Shown here one piece after another: positions 56,504 through 64,000 of a stretch of 64,000 nt of DNA; the first letter of the stretch is position 1; each line of letters begins with the position of its first letter. The DNA comes from Candidatus Omnitrophota bacterium (GTDB taxonomy: Bacteria > Omnitrophota > Gorgyraeia > Zapsychrales > Fredricksoniimonadaceae), in contig CAILQW010000032.1 in assembly GCA_903836515.1 (NCBI GenBank), forward strand, positions 833 to 64,832. The letters run 5' to 3'. The notes beneath the pieces are model-generated. The model was not told the origin of the DNA and did no database searches. It worked only from the letters and a program-made list of their open reading frames with translations. A program made the translations under genes and the position numbers.

Positions 56504-57597
56504 TCATGGTATCTGTCAACGTGAAGCTCAATGAGAACACCTATCCGATCATGGTCGGGCACGGGACGCTGGAGCGACTCCCCGGAGCTGTGAGAAAGCT
56601 CAAGATCGGCACCGATGCCGTTGTCATCACCAACCCGCTGGTGCACAAGCTTTATGGCAAAAAACTCGCGGCCGCTTTTGTCAAGGCCGGGTTTACGGTC
56701 AAAGTTCTCGAGGTGCCGGATTCCGAACGCAGCAAGTCCCTGGAAGTGGTCGGGCACCTTCTTAGCGCTATGACCCGTTATGCCGCCGACAAGAAACCCT
56801 TCATTGTGGCGTTGGGGGGTGGTGTTGTGGGCGACCTGGCAGGTTTTGTGGCGGCCATATACCGACGGGGTATCCCTTTTGTGCAGGTGCCCACAACGCT
56901 TCTGGCACAGATCGATTCGGCGATCGGCGGCAAGGTCGCGGTTGACCTTCCCGAGGGGAAGAATCTGGTGGGCGCGTTTTATCAGCCGAGGCTGGTGTGG
57001 AGCGACGTAGCCCTGCTCACATCGTTGTCGGACCGTCAATTGCGCAATGGCCTGGCTGAAGCGGTCAAATACGGCGTGATAAGCGACCCGGCGCTCTTTG
57101 AGTTCCTGGAGAAGAATGCGGGCCAGGTCCTTGCGCGTGACAAGAAAGCACTCACGCACGTCGTGCTGGCCTGTGCGGCCATCAAGGCGGGCATTGTGAC
57201 GCAGGATGAAAAAGAAACAAAGGGCATTCGCACCCTCCTGAACTTTGGTCATACGCTGGGGCATGCCATCGAGGCCGCTTGCGGGTATGAGGCGTATCAT
57301 CATGGCGAAGCCGTAGCCCTGGGGATGCGTGCAGCCTGCCGGATCGCGCTGGCGGCGGGGATCTTTTCGGCGCGTGATGCGCTGCGTGTTGAAATGCTTT
57401 TATCAGCCATCGGATTGCCGCAGACCGTCAAAGGCACGACCCTTCCCAGGATCATGGCGGCCATGGCGTTTGACAAGAAGTTCGCCGGGAAGAAAAATCG
57501 CTTTGTGCTCGTTAAGGGCATCGGTGATGCCGTTGTGGCGCAAGGTGTACCCGAAGCACTGGTGGCGGGCGTCGCGCGCGGGCTTTTTACGGCCTGA
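56500..57597 (+). CDS. aroB: 3-dehydroquinate synthase
   Basis: 365 aa; glycine-rich NAD site GGGVVGDLAGF, metal ligands; ATGA overlap with M50 gene. Confidence 0.9.
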   Translation: MIMVSVNVKLNENTYPIMVGHGTLERLPGAVRKLKIGTDAVVITNPLVHKLYGKKLAAAFVKAGFTVKVLEVPDSERSKSLEVVGHLLSAMTRYAADKKPFIVALGGGVVGDLAGFVAAIYRRGIPFVQVPTTLLAQIDSAIGGKVAVDLPEGKNLVGAFYQPRLVWSDVALLTSLSDRQLRNGLAEAVKYGVISDPALFEFLEKNAGQVLARDKKALTHVVLACAAIKAGIVTQDEKETKGIRTLLNFGHTLGHAIEAACGYEAYHHGEAVALGMRAACRIALAAGIFSARDALRVEMLLSAIGLPQTVKGTTLPRIMAAMAFDKKFAGKKNRFVLVKGIGDAVVAQGVPEALVAGVARGLFTA

Positions 57598-58144
57598 TCG
57601 GAAGGGTGCGTTTCTGGCCGTTTTCCATCACGGTCAGGGTATCGAAACTGATGTCCACAATTGTACGCCCATAGAGCATTTGTCCTGCTTCATAGATGTT
57701 GCCATTGATGAGAATGGCTTTTTTCCCTCCCATATCCATAACACCTTCGATGCGGACAGTACCCAAGGGATCGTTCATGTCCCTGGCTTGCTGTGCCGCC
57801 GGCTGAGTCACGGGTGCCGGTGCGGGCGGTGTTACAGCGGGTGATGCTTGAAGGGGCGCAGGTGCTTTCTCAGGCGAGGGAAGCTGGGGTGCTGCCTGCG
57901 GCAAAGTAACCCGGGCAGGTTTGGGGCGAAGCGGTGTGTTTTTGGGCGTGAGCTGGCTGGTGGCGATGGCAAATATGGCCACGATCGCGCACAAGGCCGT
58001 GATCCAAAGCGGGGTGATAAAGTTGTCGCCATGCTCGGCCGCAGGTTCCCCGTTGACAGGGGGCTGCGGCTGATCCGGGGCTGCCGGCGGATGCTGCGGT
58101 GTTGATGCTTGCACCTTCTTAAGGGCGTCGTGGATAATGCTCAT
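57587..58144 (-). CDS. GspB/ExeB-like membrane protein (N-terminal TM, Pro-rich spacer, conserved C-terminal domain)
   Basis: TM helix LWITALCAIVAIFAIA, Pro/Ala-rich linker, C-terminal TVRIEGVMDMGGKKAILINGNIYEAGQ block; translationally coupled (ATGA) to upstream ExeA-like gene. Confidence 0.55.
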   Translation of the reverse strand: MSIIHDALKKVQASTPQHPPAAPDQPQPPVNGEPAAEHGDNFITPLWITALCAIVAIFAIATSQLTPKNTPLRPKPARVTLPQAAPQLPSPEKAPAPLQASPAVTPPAPAPVTQPAAQQARDMNDPLGTVRIEGVMDMGGKKAILINGNIYEAGQMLYGRTIVDISFDTLTVMENGQKRTLPIRP

Positions 58145-58950
58145 CCCAGGGCCTCCTTGGCTGCACTTTTAACAAGCTCGTCGCTTAGCGTGAAGGTTTC
58201 ATTCACGAACCCCGCCAGCAGCGCGTGTTCACACAGGATATTGATCAGCCGCGGCGTCCCTTTGGAAAAATGGAACACGGCATCCACGGCTGCTGCCGTG
58301 AAGCAAAGATTGTCGGGGGCGCCAGCGATGTTGAGGCGGTGCCCGATGTATTTCTTGACGTCATGGCGGGTTAGCGGTTGGATATGGTAACGGACACCTA
58401 TCCGGGAGTTTAGTTGCCGCAGCGATGGTTTGCGCAGATGGTCGAGGAGTTCAGGCTGGCCGACCAGAATGATTTGCAGGAGTTTGTCCTTCTCGGTTTC
58501 GAGGTTGGACAACAGGCGGATCTGCTCGAGCTGGTGGATATTCAGGTTCTGCGCTTCATCGATGATGACCGCTACGTTATGACCGCGGGCGGTCTCGTCG
58601 ATAAGAAACTCGTTGAGCGTGGTGATGAGTTCCAGCTTGTTGTTTTTGGATCCGGTCTGGCTGATGCCAAGGTCTTTGGTGATGAGCTGCAGGAGCTGGA
58701 TCTGGGAGAAATTGGGGTTGAGGATGAATGCCGTCTTGATGTTGGCATCTATCTGATTGAGGAGGATGCGGCACAGGGTCGTTTTGCCGGTCCCTACCTC
58801 ACCGGTCATGGCAATGATGCCTTTGCGGTGCTTGATGCCGTAAAGAAGGTGCGAGTACGCCTCCTTGTGCTGGAGGCTTTCAAAATAGAATGCCGGATCG
58901 GAAGTGATGTTGAAGGCATTTTCTTTAAAGCCGTAAAATTCTTTATACAT
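58141..58950 (-). CDS. ExeA/GspA/MshM-like AAA ATPase (AAA_22 family)
   Basis: Walker A GEVGTGKTT, Walker B VAVIIDEAQNL; 269 aa, lacks the long C-terminal peptidoglycan-binding part of Aeromonas ExeA. Confidence 0.75.
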   Translation of the reverse strand: MYKEFYGFKENAFNITSDPAFYFESLQHKEAYSHLLYGIKHRKGIIAMTGEVGTGKTTLCRILLNQIDANIKTAFILNPNFSQIQLLQLITKDLGISQTGSKNNKLELITTLNEFLIDETARGHNVAVIIDEAQNLNIHQLEQIRLLSNLETEKDKLLQIILVGQPELLDHLRKPSLRQLNSRIGVRYHIQPLTRHDVKKYIGHRLNIAGAPDNLCFTAAAVDAVFHFSKGTPRLINILCEHALLAGFVNETFTLSDELVKSAAKEALG

Positions 58951-59055
58951 AGAGGGGTGTCTCTTTTTTTAAAAAATTATTATATCACGTCTTTCTTTTA
59001 CCGCGGGGTTTTGTGTGTGGAAAGAGAAGATACCGATCATCTCGATAAAGGCAGC

Positions 59056-59562
59056 ATGAATATACCAGAGGCAAAAAAGGTTTTTGAATTATCTGGTATT
59101 CCGGATGAGGAATTATCCAGAGAAAATGTGATGCGTGCCTTTAGAAAAGGAGCCCTGAAGTGGCACCCTGATAAGCACGAGCAAGAGTTAAAAAATAATT
59201 CTGCTTTGATAAAACAATTTAATGAAGAATTTAATAAAGTGACAGATGCCAGGATTGTGCTTGAGAAATATTTAAGGAAGCAGGGACGTTGGAATAATAA
59301 GGACCACGACAGTTCTATGAAAGCTACTGCCAAAGTGATAGACGGTGGTATTGACCTGAACGCCAAAAAGATGGACCTGGACGTGGCCAAAGACGGCAAG
59401 GGTGTGGAGATGCAATTCGAACCGGCTATGGTTGCGGAGTTCCGCAAGGGCAATTTTACGGGGGTTGAGGGGGTCATCCTTAACATCGTCCCGATCGCCA
59501 GCCCCTTATTCTTGCTGGGCCTGGAGGCGAATCCGACGGGCGATCAATTAGCCAAAGGGTAA
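59056..59562 (+). CDS. J-domain (DnaJ-like) protein, 168 aa, in an AT-rich segment
   Basis: J-domain helix II/III with HPD tripeptide (ALKWHPDKH); C-terminal 100 aa without recognisable domain. Confidence 0.7.
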   Translation: MNIPEAKKVFELSGIPDEELSRENVMRAFRKGALKWHPDKHEQELKNNSALIKQFNEEFNKVTDARIVLEKYLRKQGRWNNKDHDSSMKATAKVIDGGIDLNAKKMDLDVAKDGKGVEMQFEPAMVAEFRKGNFTGVEGVILNIVPIASPLFLLGLEANPTGDQLAKG

Positions 59563-59570
59563 ACCAAGGG

Positions 59571-59604
59571 GCTCTTTGCATTGTTGCAAAGGGCTTTCTT
59601 TATT
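59571..59604 (+). terminator. Rho-independent terminator after the J-domain gene
   Basis: GCTCTTTGCA-ttgt-TGCAAAGGGC stem followed by TTTCTTTATT. Confidence 0.6.
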
Positions 59605-59732
59605 GTGGTGCACCCGGAAGCGGTATCGATCTGAATCCAGTTGATAATGTCATGGCCGTTGGTGCGTCGGATCGTGCCGGGTTCCTGGGGGTTGCTCCCG
59701 CCAGCGCCATCCGTTGAATCCTGCGAAAGTTA

Positions 59733-59761
59733 TTCTGAGCCTTTTTCTTCTGTGGTATACT
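59733..59761 (+). promoter_or_regulatory. Putative promoter with extended -10 (TGgTATACT) upstream of first PilZ gene
   Basis: TTCTGA(-35)-17 nt-TATACT with TG at -15/-14; CAGGAG RBS before ATG 59788. Confidence 0.4.
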
Positions 59762-59787
59762 GCCTTTCAGTCAGACAGGAGATCCGG

Positions 59788-60132
59788 ATGGGTGATGGCC
59801 AACGCAATATTGACGCCCGGCGTTTTACGCGCGTCCCTTTCAGACGCGCGGTGCGTGTCAAGGCGGGAAGCCATGAGATGTTTTTGGGCTATGCGGGGCA
59901 GGATATCAGCCAGGGCGGTTTGAGGGTGATGTCTTCCGTCTTTTTTCCGGTTAATAGCCACCTTGATCTGCAGTTTCAGTTGAAGGACCTTGACAAAATT
60001 CTCGATGTGCGCGGTCGTGTGGCTTGGATCCGGTTCAATCCACTGACAGAAATGTATCAGATGGGCCTCGATTTTTCCGAAGAATCCGCCTTCAAGCGGG
60101 GGTTGATCATGGAGTTCATCCAGGCCCGCTGA
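59788..60132 (+). CDS. PilZ-domain protein (single-domain c-di-GMP receptor-like)
   Basis: RxxxR (ARRFTR) and DxSxxG (DISQGG) motifs. Confidence 0.8.
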   Translation: MGDGQRNIDARRFTRVPFRRAVRVKAGSHEMFLGYAGQDISQGGLRVMSSVFFPVNSHLDLQFQLKDLDKILDVRGRVAWIRFNPLTEMYQMGLDFSEESAFKRGLIMEFIQAR

Positions 60133-60157
60133 CCCCTGCGGCGCAAGGCTAAAAGGA

Positions 60158-60556
60158 GTGCCTGTGGACGGAAAAAGAATCAATGAAAAACGGCGTCAGC
60201 CCCGTGTTGACAACAATATCCCGTTAAAGATCGCGGCGCCCGGGACAGATCTTGTCACGGAAACAAGGAATATTAGTGCATCGGGCGTGTATTGCCGGGT
60301 CACCGTATTCCTGGAACCGATGACGAAGCTGCAGGTGACGCTTTTGGTTCCCGTAAAAAAAGCGGAAAAGGCCTCCACTAAAAAGATCATTTGCGGCGGT
60401 GTTGTGGTCCGCACGGAAAATATCCCTGGCGACGAGGGGTTTAACACGGCTATTTTTTTCAACGATATTAATCCGCGGGACAGCCGCCTGCTCGTTGAGT
60501 TCGTGGAGAATGTCCTGGCTGCCCGGCAACATGCCGCGGCATCTCTGCCAAGCTAA
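60158..60556 (+). CDS. PilZ-domain protein (second tandem copy)
   Basis: RRQPRV and NISASG motifs; GTG start preceded by AAAGGAG. Confidence 0.75.
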   Translation: MPVDGKRINEKRRQPRVDNNIPLKIAAPGTDLVTETRNISASGVYCRVTVFLEPMTKLQVTLLVPVKKAEKASTKKIICGGVVVRTENIPGDEGFNTAIFFNDINPRDSRLLVEFVENVLAARQHAAASLPS

Positions 60557-60577
60557 CGTTGACCATACGAGGGTCCT

Positions 60578-60742
60578 ATGGATAGCAATATGCTTAATGT
60601 CTCTGTATCTTCAGGCCAGTTGGCCGTGGCTTTTATTTTCCAGATGTGGCTCATCATTTTTCCCGTTATCTTGTTGATCAAGGTCAACCGCCTCACAAGA
60701 TTGATGGAAGAACGTTTCGGCCACGATGAAGAGGAAACCTGA
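60578..60742 (+). CDS. Small predicted membrane protein (54 aa; below ORF-track cutoff)
   Basis: ATG 60578; one hydrophobic helix LAVAFIFQMWLIIFPVILLI; stop TGA overlaps rluA-family ATG (TGATG). Confidence 0.35.
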   Translation: MDSNMLNVSVSSGQLAVAFIFQMWLIIFPVILLIKVNRLTRLMEERFGHDEEET

Positions 60743-61446
60743 TGTCCAAGCGTTTTACGTCTCAAAGTCCCATCAAGGTGCTGTACGAGGATGACCAGTT
60801 CATGGCTTTCTATAAGCCTGCGGGGCTGCTTAGCGTGCCCGCATCGGTGTCTGCCGAAAAGGGGAAATCCCTGGATGAGATGGTCAATGAGTTTTACCGC
60901 GAGGAAAAGGACGGGGTTCAGGGGGCCAGGCTTCATCCCTGCCACCGGCTCGACAAGGAAACTTCGGGCGTTATTTTCTTCGCCAAAGGAAAATCAAACC
61001 AGCAGTTGTTGATGAATCTTTTTCATCAAAGGTTTGTGCACAAGAAATACATTGTCTTTGTCCATGGCCGCGTGAACCGTCCTGCGGGCACGATCAATAT
61101 GCCGGTCAAGGATTCGTTTGAGGACAAGTTTGCCCCATCCAAGGGGGCCAAAGACGCGCTGACAAAATACCGTGTCATGGAGTTCCGCAAGAACTTCACC
61201 ATTGTCGAGGCTGAGCCAGTGACGGGGCGCACCAACCAGCTGCGCCTTCACTTCAAGGGCATCGGGCATCCGATCGTGGGCGAGAACAAGTATATTTTTC
61301 GCAAGGATTACGACCTCAAGTTCAAGCGGACCGCCCTGCATGCCGCCGAGATCACCTTCAAACATCCGGTGACGGGAAAACCCGTGAAGGTCGAGGCCAA
61401 GCTTTCCGCGGACATGCTGAATTTTCTTGAAAGGAACAGGCGATGA
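60742..61446 (+). CDS. RluA-family pseudouridine synthase
   Basis: Catalytic HRLDKETSGVIFFAK motif; 234 aa without S4 domain. Confidence 0.85.
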   Translation: MSKRFTSQSPIKVLYEDDQFMAFYKPAGLLSVPASVSAEKGKSLDEMVNEFYREEKDGVQGARLHPCHRLDKETSGVIFFAKGKSNQQLLMNLFHQRFVHKKYIVFVHGRVNRPAGTINMPVKDSFEDKFAPSKGAKDALTKYRVMEFRKNFTIVEAEPVTGRTNQLRLHFKGIGHPIVGENKYIFRKDYDLKFKRTALHAAEITFKHPVTGKPVKVEAKLSADMLNFLERNRR

Positions 61447-61742
61447 GTTCACCCACCATCAAGGAAATGACGGATCTTTGCCATGCGATCGCCAGGTCCA
61501 AAGGGTTTTGGGATGATCCCCGCAATACCGGGGAGGCGCTCATGCTTGTGGTGACCGAACTGGCGGAAGCCATGGAGGCCCACCGCAAACAGGATGCGGC
61601 GAATTTCAGGGAAGAACTGGCGGATACCTTTATCCGCCTTTTTGATTTGTGCGGCGGCATGGGGGTTGATATCGAAGCCGAGATCCTGCGTAAATGCGAA
61701 AAAAACAAACTTCGTCCGTATAAACACGGCAAAATCTGTTAA
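61443..61742 (+). CDS. MazG-like nucleotide pyrophosphohydrolase domain protein (small, all-alpha NTP-PPase)
   Basis: EALMLVVTELAEAMEA...ELADTFIRLFDL...KCEKNKLR pattern of MazG/HisE-like EExxE...D motifs; ATGA overlap with upstream gene. Confidence 0.7.
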   Translation: MSSPTIKEMTDLCHAIARSKGFWDDPRNTGEALMLVVTELAEAMEAHRKQDAANFREELADTFIRLFDLCGGMGVDIEAEILRKCEKNKLRPYKHGKIC

Positions 61743-61782
61743 TCCGTTTCGCGCAGGGGGCCGCGGTCCTGTCCCCGCGGTC

Positions 61783-63792
61783 ATGGAAAAATTCCACCTT
61801 CAATCCTCTTTTGAACTGATCGGTGACCAGGCCAAGGCCGCGGAGGCGTTGACCCGGGGCATTGACGCACGGTTGCGCGCCCAGGTCCTTCTGGGTGTGA
61901 CGGGCAGCGGGAAAACGTTTACCCTGGCCAATGTCATAGCCAGGGTCAACCGTCCCACGCTGGTTATTTCCCACAACAAGACCCTGGCTGCCCAGCTTTA
62001 CGGGGAGTTCAAGGAATTCTTTCCGGCCAATGCGGTTGAATATTTTGTCAGTTATTACGATTATTACCAGCCGGAAGCCTATATTCCCCAGACGGACGTG
62101 TACATCGAGAAAGACGCTTCCATCAACGACCGTCTTGACCGGCTTCGGCTCGCAGCGACCACGTCCCTCATGTCTCGCCGGGATGTCATCATTGTGGCGA
62201 GTGTGTCATGCATCTACAATCTCGGGTCGCCGGACGATTACCAGAACAGCCTTGTTTTTTTCAAGCGCGGGGAAGCTCTTCGGCGGGACGATGCCCTGCG
62301 CAAACTCCTGGAGATCCAATACGAACGCAATGATTATGATTTTGCCCGCGGAAAAATGCGTGTGCGCGGCGATATCGTGGAAATATTTCCGGCATACCGG
62401 CAGGATGCCTTGCGGATCGAGTTTTTCGGGGATGTCATCGAGCGGGTCCGCCAGATCGATCCTTTGACCGGTAGTGTTCTGCAGGAACTGGAACAGGCCG
62501 CTGTTTTCCCCGCTAAACATTTTGTCGTGTCGCGCCCGAAGATGGAGGAAGCCCTGGCCCGGATCGCCCACGAGATGGAAGAGCGCTGTGTCGAATTGAC
62601 GGGGGCAGGGAAATTGCTGGAAGCCCAGCGCCTGCGCTCAAGGACCCTTTATGACGTTGAGATGATGCGCGAGATGGGGTATTGCCACGGCATTGAGAAT
62701 TATGCCCGGGTTTTGTCCGGCCGGCCTCCAGGGGCAAGGCCTTATTGCCTGATGGATTACTTTCCCAAAGACCTTTTGGTGGTTATCGACGAATCGCATG
62801 TCACCTGCCCGCAGATCCGCGGTATGTATGAAGGCGACCGCGCGCGCAAGGAAATGCTGGTTCGCCACGGTTTTCGTCTGCCCTCATGCCTGGATAATCG
62901 TCCCCTGCGTTTCGAGGAATTTCAGGCCATTGTCCCCCAGGTTATTTATGTGTCCGCCACCCCGGCGCCTTTTGAGGTCAAGGAGGCGGGAGGGGTCTTC
63001 GTGGAACAGGTCATCCGCCCGACCGGGATCCCTGACCCGATCATCGAAGTGCGCCCGACGGAGGGGCAGGTTGAGGATATCCGGCGCGAGGTTGCCGCGC
63101 GTGCCCTTAAGGGCGAGCGCACCCTGGTCACAACGCTCACCAAGCGCATGGCCGAAGATCTTGCCGCCTATCTGGAGGAGAAAGGGCTCAGTGTCAAATA
63201 TCTCCATTCCGACATCGAGACGATCGAGCGTTCGCGCATACTCAGGGATTTGCGTCTTAAAAAGTACGATTGCCTGGTGGGGGTCAATCTCCTGCGCGAG
63301 GGGCTGGATCTTCCGGAGGTGTCGCTGGTGGCTATCCTGGACGCGGATAAGCAGGGGTTCCTCCGTTCCGAAACGTCCCTGATCCAGACGGCCGGACGTG
63401 CCGCCCGGCATGTGGAGGGCCTTGTGATCATGTACGCGGATACGGTCAGCCGCGCCATGCAGCAAACGATCTATGAATGCACGCGGAGGCGCAAGCTGCA
63501 GGTCACGTTCAATGCCAAGAATGGGATCACGCCCCGGACCATTTTGAAGGCTATCAAGGCCGGCATCGAGGAGCAGTCCGAGGCCGAGGACCTGGTGCGT
63601 GACGTTGTGGGACAGGACACAGAAACTTATGCCATGGGCCAGGAAGTGGCCGAGCTCGAGCGGCAGATGGAGCTCGCGGCCCGCAATTTGGAGTTTGAGA
63701 AGGCGGCACAGTACCGCGACAGGATCAAGGCGGTGAAAGGCCCTGATGCCGGTCATCAACAACAACCCGGGAAGCGTTCCAGGAGAAAATGA
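61783..63792 (+). CDS. uvrB: Excinuclease ABC subunit B
   Basis: Walker A GVTGSGKTF, helicase motifs, C-terminal UVR domain (EFEKAAQYRDRIK); internal ATG 61783 of track ORF. Confidence 0.95.
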   Translation: MEKFHLQSSFELIGDQAKAAEALTRGIDARLRAQVLLGVTGSGKTFTLANVIARVNRPTLVISHNKTLAAQLYGEFKEFFPANAVEYFVSYYDYYQPEAYIPQTDVYIEKDASINDRLDRLRLAATTSLMSRRDVIIVASVSCIYNLGSPDDYQNSLVFFKRGEALRRDDALRKLLEIQYERNDYDFARGKMRVRGDIVEIFPAYRQDALRIEFFGDVIERVRQIDPLTGSVLQELEQAAVFPAKHFVVSRPKMEEALARIAHEMEERCVELTGAGKLLEAQRLRSRTLYDVEMMREMGYCHGIENYARVLSGRPPGARPYCLMDYFPKDLLVVIDESHVTCPQIRGMYEGDRARKEMLVRHGFRLPSCLDNRPLRFEEFQAIVPQVIYVSATPAPFEVKEAGGVFVEQVIRPTGIPDPIIEVRPTEGQVEDIRREVAARALKGERTLVTTLTKRMAEDLAAYLEEKGLSVKYLHSDIETIERSRILRDLRLKKYDCLVGVNLLREGLDLPEVSLVAILDADKQGFLRSETSLIQTAGRAARHVEGLVIMYADTVSRAMQQTIYECTRRRKLQVTFNAKNGITPRTILKAIKAGIEEQSEAEDLVRDVVGQDTETYAMGQEVAELERQMELAARNLEFEKAAQYRDRIKAVKGPDAGHQQQPGKRSRRK

Positions 63793-63796
63793 TCCT

Positions 63797-64000
63797 ATGC
63801 GCCGTTTGTGTGTTGTCATGCTGTTGCTGGGCTGCAGTGGCTGTACCGTTCTGGAGGCAACCGGAGAGGCCGTAGGGGTTGTCGGCAAGGCGGGTTGGAC
63901 CGCCACAAAGACAGTCGGCGGCCTGGTCTATGCCGGCACATCCATGGCCGGGCAGACGGCCAATCAGACCAATAAAACCCTCACACGTCCCCCGGGGCCG
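63797..64000 (+). CDS. Lipoprotein, N-terminal fragment (continues beyond window)
   Basis: MRRLCVVMLLLGCSGCT lipobox signal peptide. Confidence 0.5.
   Translation, partial: MRRLCVVMLLLGCSGCTVLEATGEAVGVVGKAGWTATKTVGGLVYAGTSMAGQTANQTNKTLTRPPGP

Noticed and set aside
58414-59562. 382-aa plus-strand ORF
   Set aside because: Chimeric. Its first ~215 codons are antisense to the ExeA-like gene (which has Walker A on the minus strand). Only the part from ATG 59056 onward, the J-domain protein, is credible.
59641-59787. N-terminal extension of the first PilZ ORF
   Set aside because: No RBS at 59641; the promoter -10 (59756-59761) and CAGGAG RBS place the start at 59788.

Overview
High-GC (~58-60%) bacterial chromosomal segment dominated by one near-continuous plus-strand array of transcription/translation genes. 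The order is rpsA (3' end), tyrS, tRNA-Thr, rpmG, tRNA-Trp, secE, nusG, rplKAJL, rpoBC, rpsLG, fusA, tuf, the S10/spc/alpha clusters (rpsJ ... rplQ, with secY, adk, map, infA, rpmJ, rpoA), without an L30 gene. Housekeeping and envelope genes follow: aspartate aminotransferase, pilT, IDH/IPMDH-family dehydrogenase, lipB, a glycolipid/acyltransferase cluster, efp-accBC, asp23-amaP-pfk-gmhA-hldE(II)-thiE, tRNA-Gly, LysM/M23 peptidase. After those comes an operon of AAA+ ATPase (Arch_ATPase/DUF234-like), MJ0936-type phosphodiesterase, dGTPase and a degenerate HD-GYP protein. Downstream are SPOR, SH3b, an M50 protease, aroB, the only two credible minus-strand genes (ExeA-like ATPase plus GspB-like), a strikingly AT-rich J-domain gene, two tandem PilZ genes, rluA-family, mazG-like and uvrB. 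Nearly all long minus-strand ORFs in the track are antisense artefacts of high-GC coding sequence. No CRISPR array, transposase or integrase is visible. Lineage cannot be fixed from sequence alone. Gene order is Firmicute-like but content is Gram-negative-like (TonB, LpxL-like, ExeA/GspB, PilT), and several r-proteins carry unusual extensions, suggesting an uncultivated or deep-branching lineage. The most system-like accessory loci are the ATPase-phosphodiesterase-dGTPase-HD-GYP operon beside tRNA-Gly and the compositionally foreign J-domain gene flanked by ExeA/GspB and PilZ genes. Both are offered as hypotheses, not established systems.
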